Source: Trueperaceae bacterium (lineage in GTDB: Bacteria; Deinococcota; Deinococci; Deinococcales; Trueperaceae). From it: a DNA stretch of 64,000 nucleotides. The DNA is taken from NCBI GenBank assembly GCA_965213705.1, contig OZ243913.1, forward strand, positions 1,728,001 through 1,792,000, read 5' to 3'. Of this stretch, positions 31,240 through 40,933 are shown one piece after another. The notes under the pieces are model-generated. The model was not told the DNA's origin and ran no database searches. It was given only the letters and a program-made list of their open reading frames with translations. Both the position numbers and the translations under genes were made by a program. Position 1 is the first letter of the stretch. Every line of letters begins with the position of its first letter.

Positions 31240-32838
31240 ATGGACCCGCATCCTACCGACTTGGAACCTGTGAAGACAGAGAGCGCCGCCGAGCCACCGG
31301 GTGCTCCCGGCATCCGGCAGCAAAAACAGAGTGAAAAAGTGGGCCGGGCTTACGCCGAAGCCCTCATCGACACGCTCCGCGAAGGCCTGCTGGTGCTGGA
31401 CAACAGCTTGCGTGTCGAAACTGCCAACCCATCTTTTTACCGTATGTTCCAAGTCACCGAACAAGAAACCCTCGGCAAGCTCGTTTTTGAAATTGGTGAC
31501 GGTGAGTGGGCAAGCCCGGCCCTGCGCGAGTTGTTGGAAGACATCTTGCCCAAAAACAAAGTCGTCATGGGTTTTGAGCTGACGTACAAGTTCAAAGGTA
31601 GCAGCCGCACGTTGTCGCTGAACGCCAGGCAAGTCGACCACGTCCAGAGAATTTTGCTGACCCTGGAAGACGTAACCGAACAGCGCCGGTCGGAACACGC
31701 GGAGCGGGTCAAGAGCGAACAGCTCTACCGGGCCATCGCCGCGAACCTGCCGGGCGGCGCGGCCTTTGTCGTGGACCGCGACTTGCGTTACCGGCTCGCC
31801 GCAGGAGAAGCGCTCGCCGGGGCGGGTCTGACCCCGGCCGACCTCGAGGGCCGCCCTCTTCACGAAGTCGTCGAAAAAGGACTGGCCCCCACCTACGAGT
31901 TGCTTTACCAACAAGCGCTTTCGGGTCAGAGTTTCCGCTGGGAACACAGCGTACAGGGGCGTTACTACATGTCTCACGGCACCCCGCTCAGAGACGAAGC
32001 GGGTGCGGTGTACGCGGCGCTCGCCGTGTCTTACGACATTACCGAGCGCAAACAAGCCGAAAGACAGCTGCGCGAACTCAACGAGATGTTGGAGACCCGT
32101 GTCCAAGCCCGGACCCGGGAGGTACGCGGGCTCGCCAGCCAACTCACCTTGGCGGAAAGCCGCGAACGCAACCGCCTGGCGCAAGTTTTGCACGACGAAC
32201 TGCAACAGCAACTGCACGCTTTACAGTTCCCCTTGAGCAGCCTGCAAAAAACAGTGCAAGACGAGGGCTCGAGGGCGCAGGTGGAACGAGCTTACACCGT
32301 CTTAAAAGACGCCATTCGCATAGTGCGCGCCGTGACGAGCGAACTGAGCCCGCCGGTGCCGGGCGACAAAGGTTTGGGCGCGGCGCTCAGGTGGCTGTGT
32401 GACAGCGTTCAAGAGCGCTTCGGTTTGGTCGTGACCCTGCGGGTGGACGAGGCCGCCGACGCGCTCGATACTACCGACACACTCGATACCACGGCGGCTA
32501 CCACCGCCGACGCTACGACTTCGGGCGCAACCGGCGAAGCCCTGCGGACGCTGCTGCTCACCCTGGTGCGCGAGTGTCTTTTCAACGTCACGAAACACGC
32601 CGGCGTCGGCGCAGCCGAAGTGTGCTTGTCCAAGACGGCGGAGGGGCTGGAGCTGACGGTCAGCGACCTCGGCAGGGGGTTCGAACCCGACGGACTCCGG
32701 GGCGGCAGCGGCCTGGGTCTTCAAAGCGCGGACCAGCGGTTGCGGCTCTTCGGCGGCGAGGTGCGGCTCGAGAGCGCGCCCGGGAAGGGCACGCGGGTAA
32801 TGATGGTCGTCCCGGCGACGGCGCTCGGTTCGGCGTAA
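31240..32838 (+). CDS. Cytoplasmic PAS-PAS sensor histidine kinase (HisKA_3/NarX-like); start uncertain
   Basis: 'ERNRLAQVLHDELQQ', 'ECLFNVTKHA', 'DLGRGF', 'GLGL'; two PAS-like segments. Confidence 0.88.
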   Translation: MDPHPTDLEPVKTESAAEPPGAPGIRQQKQSEKVGRAYAEALIDTLREGLLVLDNSLRVETANPSFYRMFQVTEQETLGKLVFEIGDGEWASPALRELLEDILPKNKVVMGFELTYKFKGSSRTLSLNARQVDHVQRILLTLEDVTEQRRSEHAERVKSEQLYRAIAANLPGGAAFVVDRDLRYRLAAGEALAGAGLTPADLEGRPLHEVVEKGLAPTYELLYQQALSGQSFRWEHSVQGRYYMSHGTPLRDEAGAVYAALAVSYDITERKQAERQLRELNEMLETRVQARTREVRGLASQLTLAESRERNRLAQVLHDELQQQLHALQFPLSSLQKTVQDEGSRAQVERAYTVLKDAIRIVRAVTSELSPPVPGDKGLGAALRWLCDSVQERFGLVVTLRVDEAADALDTTDTLDTTAATTADATTSGATGEALRTLLLTLVRECLFNVTKHAGVGAAEVCLSKTAEGLELTVSDLGRGFEPDGLRGGSGLGLQSADQRLRLFGGEVRLESAPGKGTRVMMVVPATALGSA

Positions 32839-32950
32839 CCGTGCCCGGCCCTCAGTGCCGGAAAAATCTGCTGGCGGCGTAGTCGGCAAGAGCTGGTTTT
32901 GAGGGCTGCACGGTTCTGCGGAGAGTCGGCCGGAAGCTCGAGAAAGTCGT

Positions 32951-33959
32951 TTACAAGCCGTAGAGCGTGCCCTGTTCGGCACCTTGTTTCATCAGCTCGA
33001 GCAAGCGTTCGGCGAGCTGGACCTCGGGCGCCAAGTCCGGGTCGTCGTGGCTGTCTTCCTTAAACCGCCGAGCGGTTTGACCCATCAAGCTGACGGCTTG
33101 CTCCGGGTCGTTTCCGTAGAGCCGGGCCGACTTTTGCATGTTGCTCACCAGGACGGCCAAAGCCACGGTTTTGGCGACGCTTGGCTGGGCGAAGTAGCGG
33201 CCCTCGGCCAGGGGCGCACCGTCGTAACTGGAGCTTAGGCTGCCCAGTACCGTTTCACCGCTCGGGGTTTGGTAGCTGAGGTCGCCTATGACGCTAAAGG
33301 GAGCCGGCTCGGCCGTCGCCAACCTGACCAGCAGGGCGCCCCGACGCTTGCTCAAGAACACCGTGCTCGTGTTCAGCTCCGCCACGCGCTCGGCGGTGGG
33401 AAAGCCGTAGCCTTCGGCAACTTCAAGCCCGGGTGAAGGCGTGACGGTGAGCCGCAGGTCGTAAGCGACGGGGCTCGCCAAAAAGGGCCAGTCCTCACTC
33501 AAGACCTTGTTGACGTCGCGGCTGCCGAACAGCGTAAACGCGTTGCCCCCCCGGACTTTGCTCAGGGCCGAAAAGGTTTCGGGGCCGAGGCCGACGCCAA
33601 CCCCGAACACCGTCAAACCCACGCCGCCGGACGCGCCTTCGCGGGCCAAGTCCTGAAACTCGGTCGCGCCCGTCGCGCCCACGTTGGGTTGAACGTCGGT
33701 GAAGAGCAGCAGCCGCTTTTCGTGCCCCGGTTTGGCGGACTGCGCAAGCCGGTACGCCGCTTGCAAACCCGCTTCCATGTTCGTCGCGCCTTCACTTTTC
33801 AAGCCTCGCACGCTCAAAAGCAGCTTGTCCTGCGCGCTGCCGGGGGTCAGCGGCAACGCGGTCCTGGCGCTGCTGCCGTAGACCACCATCCCGACCTCAA
33901 GCGCCGAGCAGACAAACGAGTGTTAACACCAAACCGCCGAACAGCGAACGTCTTAGCAT
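32951..33959 (-). pseudogene. vWA-domain lipoprotein disrupted by an internal deletion
   Basis: SD GGAGGAG + MLRRSLFGGLVLTLVCLLGA then TGA (33897-33899) at the lipobox Cys position; vWA C-half ('GATNMEAGL', 'LFTDVQPNVG') resumes in another frame without MIDAS. Confidence 0.75.
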
Positions 33960-34076
33960 GTCTCCTCCAGGCCTCAAAGCGAGGTCATTCGGTCAAGGTG
34001 AGGCTATTGTATTTCAAAAAGACCGTGGTGTCTCTTCACCGTTCGCGTTTCGCCTGTCACCACGAAAAGCTGCACG

Positions 34077-34466
34077 CTAAACTTCCGCCTCTAACCAGTC
34101 CGCAACGTCTTTTATAAAAGCCTCCGCCCAGGCCAACACGTTTGAGACGTCCTCGGCGCTGACCTCGGCTTAGAGGTCGTAGTCTCCCTCGAGCCGCAGT
34201 AGTTCAGCGCGGATAAAGTGTTTGTGATGCTCGCGCCACGTAGGATTTTCTTTAGCAAACTCGCGGCCAAAAGCCGCAATAACCGCGCTGTGGCGTTTGA
34301 ACGACAATCCTTTGTGTAAAAGAAGCGCTGTTGCCCCGTAGAACATAGCGTAGTAAGCGCGTGAAGCGGAGAATTCGGGAAAAGAAGGTGACAATTCTCT
34401 TGCGGCCGACAAGCTAGCCTTTGCCTTTTGAAGTGCGCCAAGCTCGGCGCTAAACGGCGCGCTCAC
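34077..34466 (-). pseudogene. HEPN (UPF0332-like) toxin with in-frame nonsense codon
   Basis: 'ASRAYYAMF..H..VIAAF..R..GDYDL' TAA (34170-34172), then in-frame AEVSAEDVSNVLAWAEAFIKDVADWLEAEV TAG. Confidence 0.75.
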
Positions 34467-34786
34467 AGCGCAACGGCGTCCCGCCTGACGCTTTTTGTAA
34501 AAGGCGTGTCCCATGACCAACGCTCGCTGTCTTGCACTATTACGCTCAAGTACGGTGCGCCCGAACAGACGAGTGACGAAACGACCTCGGCAACCGTCTC
34601 TTGCACCGGGCGCTTTGCTCCTTCAACGATGACGAGCACGTCTACATCCGAATCTGCACGCGCGTTCCCCCTGGCCTTGGAGCCGTACAGGTAGATGCCT
34701 ATAATAACGGCCGAGTGTTTGGCGCGTAACTGCTGCTCAAAGACCTGTAACGCCTTGCGCTCTACCAGGGGTAGTGAAGCGTTCAC
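34463..34786 (-). CDS. Minimal nucleotidyltransferase (MNT antitoxin)
   Basis: GS-X10-DXD: YGSKARGNARADSDVD. Confidence 0.9.
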   Translation of the reverse strand: MNASLPLVERKALQVFEQQLRAKHSAVIIGIYLYGSKARGNARADSDVDVLVIVEGAKRPVQETVAEVVSSLVCSGAPYLSVIVQDSERWSWDTPFTKSVRRDAVAL

Positions 34787-34894
34787 AGACCAATGCTAGC
34801 ACGGGCGGACGGCCCCGACCCGCCCTCGAGCCCACCAGCAACGCCGGATAAATCGCATATCGTCACCCTGGACAGCTCATGCTAAGCTGGTGCC

Positions 34895-35215
34895 ATGACG
34901 CAGCGACTAGCCATCACGCCGGAGATACAAAGTCTGGCCGAGCGTGTCGCCAAGGCGACGGGCGCGGTCGCTGTGGTCGCTTTCGGCAGCGTCGCCAGAG
35001 GCGACGCTGCCGGGGAGAGCGACCTCGACCTCCTTTATGTCGTGCCCGATGAAGCTGACGTGATTCAACTCGCTGCTCGAGCCGAACGCGCCGTTTATCC
35101 GCGAACGCGCGCTTTGGACCTTGTTCCTATGCGGCGAAGCCACTGGCAGCAAAAACGTTCAACCTTTGCCAGACAAGTCGCTGAAGAGGGTATCGTTATT
35201 GATGTCACCGGATGA
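34895..35215 (+). CDS. Minimal nucleotidyltransferase (MNT antitoxin)
   Basis: FGSVARGDAAGESDLD; leaderless TAAGCT-N6-ATG. Confidence 0.9.
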   Translation: MTQRLAITPEIQSLAERVAKATGAVAVVAFGSVARGDAAGESDLDLLYVVPDEADVIQLAARAERAVYPRTRALDLVPMRRSHWQQKRSTFARQVAEEGIVIDVTG

Positions 35216-35594
35216 CGGCGAGGCGTTGCGCTGGGCAGCGTTCGCCGAAGAAGATTACCAATACGCGCTTCTCGGTATGCGGGAGTACCCGAGAAACGCC
35301 AGTTGGGACTTTCATCAAGCCGCCGAAAAATACCTCAAAGCAATTTTGAAAAGTCGAGGCACCGAGCCGCCGCGCACGCACGACCTTCTGCTGCTTCTGA
35401 CCCTGCTCGTGCCTGAGCTGAGCCCTGACGACGAACTTGTCGAAGCGGCGAGCGGTCTCGCACTGTTCGGCGTCATCCGGCGCTACCCCGCAGACTTGCC
35501 GGAGGTCGGTCAGGAAGATGCGCGACGCGCCAGGACGCTAGCCGAACATATACGCAGTTTCGCGCGCCGTGAGCTGGGGCTCGAGCCGCCGTAA
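35202..35594 (+). CDS. HEPN-domain protein
   Basis: 'FHQAAEKYLKAIL', 'PPRTHDL', 'RRYP'; overlaps MNT stop. Confidence 0.9.
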   Translation: MSPDDGEALRWAAFAEEDYQYALLGMREYPRNASWDFHQAAEKYLKAILKSRGTEPPRTHDLLLLLTLLVPELSPDDELVEAASGLALFGVIRRYPADLPEVGQEDARRARTLAEHIRSFARRELGLEPP

Positions 35595-36093
35595 TACGGA
35601 TTCCGGTCATACAGCTGATAAACTAAAAAGTTTTTCGCTTTCCTCTGTGGCTGGCGGTCACTGCCGAGACCTACGAGCCGACAAACGAGACCCACGCCGC
35701 GCTTTCCGGGTGGCTTTACGCGCAAGCGTCGCAGCCAAAGATGACGGCGGGCGATGTTGTAAAAGCGCTGGATGAGCTGACCGACGCCCACTCATTGCCA
35801 CGAACAAGCTGCACCGGGTGTAGGCGGTCTTTTGGGTAGGGAAGGCTTCAACCAGCACATCACCTTAACGCTGTAGCTGCCGCCCAGCTTGTGTTTGACT
35901 CAGTAAAGGCGGTGGACGTGACTTTCTTGCTGCACGGTGACAAGTTGACAACGACAAACTGCGCGAGGGATTTGGACCTGCTAACGCTGGGGAAATAAGG
36001 TCTCACAGAGTTCTCGCGGCGGAGTTGTGAAAAGAACTAAGCCAAAAAAGACCCCGCCAAAAAGCGGGGAAAAGTAGATTTTGTGAGAGCGCC

Positions 36094-36453
36094 TTACTGC
36101 TTAGCGACGCCTATCACGTTCGAGAAGTTAAATATAGACGAGCTTTTGCTAGTGGTTGTACCTGCAAAGTCTGTTCCCGTGTTGGTCGTGACGGCCCACG
36201 CGGTCACGGAGTTACAGCTGTTCGGTTCATAGTCTCCCACGAGTTGCGTTTTGGCCGGATAGGTGCTTGTGTCGATATGGTAAATCTCAGCTTGGGTCAG
36301 GATTTCTTTGGAACACGACTGAGCGGCGGCGTCTTGCGCTCGGTTTCGCACGCCCGAAAGGTTGGGTATTAAAACCGCCGTGAGAATGCCGATGATGGAC
36401 AGGACGATGAGGAGTTCGATTAACGTAAAACCGTGGGATGCATGTCGTTTCAT
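36094..36453 (-). CDS. Type IV pilin (second copy)
   Basis: G|FTLIELLIV class III signal; 'AAQSC..C'. Confidence 0.9.
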   Translation of the reverse strand: MKRHASHGFTLIELLIVLSIIGILTAVLIPNLSGVRNRAQDAAAQSCSKEILTQAEIYHIDTSTYPAKTQLVGDYEPNSCNSVTAWAVTTNTGTDFAGTTTSKSSSIFNFSNVIGVAKQ

Positions 36454-36521
36454 AGCGTTCCTCTAAATGTAAGAGGCCGAGTTTCCCCGACCTCTTAACA
36501 ATCTACTAGCTCAGGGGTTGT

Positions 36522-36911
36522 TTAGCTCATGCCGCCTTCAGTGATGGTGTAAAGTTTCTGACCGTTTGCATGTTTGACGGTGTAGGTGTAAGTACCTGTG
36601 GCAGCGGCCGCACCAGTAACAGTGATGTTGGTATCGTTGCAAACACCAGTGCCATAAGTGCTAGCTTTCGTTTCGTCACCGAAGAGGGTGGCGGCGGCGG
36701 GGTAACCACCCTCTTTGGGGTTGTCAATTTTCCAGATAGCAGCGGCGCTAGCTAGCGACTTACCACAGCTCTGAGCGGCGGTGTCATAAGCCCGCTGACG
36801 AGCACCAAGCAGGTTCGGGATGAGAACCGCGGCTAAAATACCGATGATTGCAATGACAATCAGCAGTTCGATGAGGGTGAAACCCCCGTTTTTCTTACCG
36901 GTATTGCGCAT
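36522..36911 (-). CDS. Type IV pilin, likely major pilin
   Basis: G|FTLIELLIVIAIIGILAAVLIPNLLGAR; SD GAGG; hairpin downstream (36470-36497). Confidence 0.9.
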   Translation of the reverse strand: MRNTGKKNGGFTLIELLIVIAIIGILAAVLIPNLLGARQRAYDTAAQSCGKSLASAAAIWKIDNPKEGGYPAAATLFGDETKASTYGTGVCNDTNITVTGAAAATGTYTYTVKHANGQKLYTITEGGMS

Positions 36912-37214
36912 GGTGTTGCCTCTCTGGGACACTCGATAAAGGATGAATGAAAGGCGAGTATCCTGGTTCTGAATTCAGCCTCGGGGATTCCCTGGGGCTC
37001 AGAAGTAAGTTTAGGGTTAAGGTCTTACAAATTCCTTACAAAATTTCATAGTTGCGGGTTTCGCCGTGCCGAACGGCGCAAACGCGGGGGCGGGACGGCG
37101 CAATAATTTTTGGGCTCGTCCTAAAATGCTTTCTTGCGACGAATGTAGGTGAAGGCCAATTTTGCGGCTGTTATACATCAACTTATCCTGTGTGTAACCG
37201 TATATAGTGGCAAA

Positions 37215-37454
37215 GTGACGAAAAAGGCTAAACTCTTAGACAAGGCACGCCGCACCCCGAACGGGCTGCGCTTCGGTGAATTGGAAACCCTGATGCAGCA
37301 ATGCGGCTGGACGCTACGCCGCCAAATCGGAAGCCACCGCGTCTGGTACTCGCCGCAAAACTTTCGACTGCCGGTGCGAGAGGACAAAGGCGGCAAGGCT
37401 AAAGGCTAGCAGGTAAAGCAGTTTTTTGACCAACTGGATACGGAGGATGCGCTA
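37215..37454 (+). pseudogene. hicA: HicA toxin with amber codon at conserved Tyr
   Basis: 'LRFGEL..GSH..GKAKG' TAG (37407-37409) 'QVKQF'; leaderless TATAGT-N6-GTG. Confidence 0.75.
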
Positions 37455-37799
37455 GTGACCAAGCAGGACTATGACGGTTTCACGGTAAATATGTTCTTCG
37501 ACGAGGACGACCAGTGGCTCGCGCATTTTGTCGAGTTGCCCAGCGTGTCGGCCTTTGGGGACACGCCGGAGGAAGCCCTGACCGAACTCAAAACCGCGTG
37601 GGAACTTTTGAAAGAGTGTTACCTCGAGGACGGCGAAGCTATACCCGTCGCGCCGGGGAACAAGAACTACAGCGGCAAATTCAACGTGCGGATTGACAAG
37701 CGGGTGCACAAGTCACTGGCAGTAGAAGCGGCACACGCAGGGATTAGTCTGAACGCTCTGGTAGCGCAAAAGCTGGCGAAGAGTGTACACGTGAAGTGA
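37455..37799 (+). CDS. hicB: HicB antitoxin
   Basis: 'ELPSVSAFGDTPEEAL', 'YSGKFNVRI..VH..LA..A..GISLN'; SD GGAGG. Confidence 0.92.
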   Translation: MTKQDYDGFTVNMFFDEDDQWLAHFVELPSVSAFGDTPEEALTELKTAWELLKECYLEDGEAIPVAPGNKNYSGKFNVRIDKRVHKSLAVEAAHAGISLNALVAQKLAKSVHVK

Positions 37800-37974
37800 G
37801 GTTGTCTCGAGCACCAACTCTCCCCACAACGGCGAGGTGTGATGCAAGACGGCTTCGCGGTTGTCCGGGTTTGGAGCCTTCTACCCTGAGCCACAGGTTA
37901 AGCGTGTGTTAGAATTCCCACACTCGGTAACTCGGCACTAAAGTCGGGCTGCCAAGTCCTAACAAGGAGGCACA

Positions 37975-39543
37975 ATGAAGAAACTTTTTTTAAGCGTGGT
38001 GCTTGCGTTCGGCTTGTTGGCCGGAATGACGAGCGCGCAAACCCTTACCTACGCCCGTAGCGGGCTGCCGGTCACCCTGGACTCGGCGGACTCGACCGAC
38101 GGGAACTCGCTCACCGTGAGTTACCAAATCACCGAGCCGCTGCTGCTCTTTGAACTGGGTTCGACCGAGGTCAAACCCGGCCTGGCGACCGAGTGGAGCG
38201 CCAACGAGGACTCGTCGGTGTGGACGTTCAAGCTGCGCGAAGGCGTGACCTTTCAAGACGGCACCGAGTTCAACGCCGAGGCCGTGAAGTTCAACTTGGA
38301 CCGCTGGAACGACCCCGAGAACGAGTACCGCTTTGCCGACGAGGGTAAAACGTACACCGCTTGGGGCTGGGTCTTCGGCGGGCCGAAGGGCGAGGGCGTG
38401 TTGGACTCGGTCGAGGTTATAGACGACACCACCGTGCAACTCAACCTGACCCAGCCGGTCGGCTTGCTGCCGAACATGATTGCCTCGAGCTACTTCGGCC
38501 TCGACTCGCCGACGGCCGTGATGGAAGCGGGCGCGGACTACGGCACCCCGAGCGTCGGCGTGGTCGGCACGGGACCGTTTAAGTTCGAAGAGTGGTTGGA
38601 AGGCGAGCGCGTGGTGCTCTCAGCCTATGACAACTACTGGGGCGGCGAGGTCGGCTTCGACCAGCTCGTCTTCCGCGGCATCGAGGACCCGACCGCGCGC
38701 TTGGCTGAGTTGCAAGCGGGTACCGTCGACATCGCCGTCGACTTGGGCCCCGACGACCTGTCCGTTATCGAGAGCGACCCGAACCTGGTGCGCGTGCCGG
38801 GGCCGAGCTTGAACGTCGGCTACATCGCCATGAACCAGACCAACGAGCCGTTGGGTGACGTGCGGGTGCGCCAGGCCATCGCCCACGCCGTCGACTGGCA
38901 AGCCATCGTCGACGCCTTTTACGGCGGTTTGGGCATCCGCGCGACCGAGTTTATCCCCGACGCTTTCGACTGGGCGCGGGCCGGTGTTGAGGGTTACGCG
39001 TACGACCCCGAACTCGCACGTTCCCTTCTCGCCGAGGCGGGCTTCCCGGACGGCTTCGACACCGAGCTGTGGTACATGCCCGTGTCGCGTCCTTACTTCC
39101 CGACGCCCGAGCCCATCGCCTCCACCGTGGCGACTTACCTAGCCGACGTCGGCATCAACGCCGAACTCATGACCGAAGACTGGGGCATCTACCTAGACGA
39201 CTACCAGACCGGCAAGTTCCCCATGTACATGCTCGGCTGGAGTCCCGACTACGGCGACCCGGACAACTACCTGTACACCTTTTTCGGGCCGTCCGCCATC
39301 AACGACTTGGGTTGGGACGACCCCGAAGTGCGCGACCTGCTCAACGAGGCGCGTCAGGTGACCGGCAACGAGGCGCGCGGCGACCTCTACGCGCAAGTCA
39401 CCCAGGCCGTTTACGACGATGTCGCTTCGATTCCCGTGGCGCACAACAGCGTGCTCTACGCGGCGCGGCAGCGGGTCCAAAACTGGACGCCGAGCCCCCT
39501 GGGTTCGACCGAACAGCTCTACATCATCAACTTAGAGGAGTAA
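37975..39543 (+). CDS. Peptide ABC substrate-binding protein (DppA-like)
   Basis: 'PGLATEW', 'FKLREGVTFQDG', 'GTGPF', 'RPYFP'. Confidence 0.93.
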   Translation: MKKLFLSVVLAFGLLAGMTSAQTLTYARSGLPVTLDSADSTDGNSLTVSYQITEPLLLFELGSTEVKPGLATEWSANEDSSVWTFKLREGVTFQDGTEFNAEAVKFNLDRWNDPENEYRFADEGKTYTAWGWVFGGPKGEGVLDSVEVIDDTTVQLNLTQPVGLLPNMIASSYFGLDSPTAVMEAGADYGTPSVGVVGTGPFKFEEWLEGERVVLSAYDNYWGGEVGFDQLVFRGIEDPTARLAELQAGTVDIAVDLGPDDLSVIESDPNLVRVPGPSLNVGYIAMNQTNEPLGDVRVRQAIAHAVDWQAIVDAFYGGLGIRATEFIPDAFDWARAGVEGYAYDPELARSLLAEAGFPDGFDTELWYMPVSRPYFPTPEPIASTVATYLADVGINAELMTEDWGIYLDDYQTGKFPMYMLGWSPDYGDPDNYLYTFFGPSAINDLGWDDPEVRDLLNEARQVTGNEARGDLYAQVTQAVYDDVASIPVAHNSVLYAARQRVQNWTPSPLGSTEQLYIINLEE

Positions 39544-39700
39544 CACCCGGCGGGGGCGTTTCTGAACGCCCCCCTTATTTTGCCATTTGGGTCAACGAGA
39601 TTTTTTATGCAAAGGTTTTAGCTGAGGAGCAGGGAAGGAGCAAAGAAAAACTTATGATGTCACTTTCTACTTTCAGCTTGGTACTCGGTACCTTCAAACC

Positions 39701-40756
39701 TTGACGATTTATATTTTTCGGCGTTTGTTGGGGCTTTTCCCGGTGCTGCTCGGCATCAGCCTGCTCGTTTTCGCCATTCCCAGGAGCGTGCCGGGCGACC
39801 CCGCGACCATCATGTTGGGTCAGCGCAGCACGCCCGAACAGCAAGCGCGGTTGCGCGAGAACCTGGGCCTGAACCGGCCCCTCTTTTTTGACGTGGTGGG
39901 TTTCCGCGAGAGCGGCGAGGTGGGGCGGCTGTTTCAGTCTCAGTATTTCTTTTTTATCGGCAACGCCCTGCGCGGCGACTTGGGCCGTTCGGTGTTCACG
40001 CGCGTGCCCGTGGCGACGACGCTGGCGCGGCGCTTTCCGGCAACCCTGGAACTGACCCTGGTGGCGATGCTGTTCGCGCTCCTCGTCGGGATTCCGGCCG
40101 GGGTCTTTGCGGCGCTCAACCGGGGCAACTTTACCGACACGTTGGTCGTCGTCGTCGCGCTGACGGGGGTGTCGTTTCCGGTCTTTTGGCTGGCAATTAT
40201 CCTCAAGTACATTTTCTCTATCAACCTGGGCTGGCTGCCGCCCTCGCAACGCCTGGACATCGCCTACACCATCTCGCCGATTACGGGGATGTACGTGCTG
40301 GACGGGCTATTGCGCGGCCAGTTCGGGGCGGTCCTGGACGCGCTGCGCCACCTGGTCTTGCCCGCGATTGCCCTCGGCACGATTCCCCTAGCCATCATCG
40401 TGCGGATGACCCGGAGCAGCATGTTGGAAGTGTTGGGCCAGGACTACATCCGCACCGCGCGGGCCAAGGGCGTGCTGCGCCGCAGCGTGGTCAACAAACA
40501 CGCCTTTCGCAACGCGCTCATCCCGGTCGTCACGGTCGTGGGGTTGTCGTTCGGCACGCTGCTCTCGGGCGCGATTCTCACCGAGACCGTGTTCGACTGG
40601 CCGGGCGTGGGCAGTTGGGTGTACAGCGCGATTACCTCGCGCGACTATCCCATCATCCAGGGCGGCGTGCTGTTCGTGGCGTTCGTGTTCGTCATCGTCA
40701 ATTTGCTGGTCGACCTGTCCTACGCGGTCATCGACCCCAGGATTCAGTATTCATGA
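39701..40756 (+). CDS. Peptide ABC permease (DppB-like)
   Basis: 'PGDPA', 'FPATLEL', 'DYIRTARAKG', 'DPRI'. Confidence 0.94.
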   Translation: MTIYIFRRLLGLFPVLLGISLLVFAIPRSVPGDPATIMLGQRSTPEQQARLRENLGLNRPLFFDVVGFRESGEVGRLFQSQYFFFIGNALRGDLGRSVFTRVPVATTLARRFPATLELTLVAMLFALLVGIPAGVFAALNRGNFTDTLVVVVALTGVSFPVFWLAIILKYIFSINLGWLPPSQRLDIAYTISPITGMYVLDGLLRGQFGAVLDALRHLVLPAIALGTIPLAIIVRMTRSSMLEVLGQDYIRTARAKGVLRRSVVNKHAFRNALIPVVTVVGLSFGTLLSGAILTETVFDWPGVGSWVYSAITSRDYPIIQGGVLFVAFVFVIVNLLVDLSYAVIDPRIQYS

Positions 40757-40933
40757 GGGCGGGGCACGGTCGTCATGGTGAGGTGCTCGGATGTGCTCAC
40801 GTCGTAGTGGAAGGTGAGGGAGTGGGAGGTAGGGGAGTTGGGGAAAAGGGAAGTAGGGAAGAAAAAGCTTTCTGTTTTACACCCTTCTTTTTCCACTTTC
40901 CCACCTCCCGGGTTCGCTCTGAAAGAGTCCCCC

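Noticed and set aside
33897..33899. Selenocysteine UGA at the lipobox position
   Set aside because: The frame after TGA is not the vWA frame and stops again after about 35 codons; a deletion explains it better
35606..36050. Possible gene fragment (FPLWLAVTAETYEPTNETHAALSGWLY...)
   Set aside because: No start signal or recognisable family; may be a remnant but cannot be supported
37407..37409. Pyrrolysine recoding of the hicA TAG
   Set aside because: Position corresponds to a Tyr codon one substitution away; no pyl genes in the window
22470..37800. tRNA-anchored integrative element or prophage
   Set aside because: No integrase, phage genes or duplicated tRNA 3' end seen; the Tm-1 operon carries the host CTCGAG signature, so any acquisition is old
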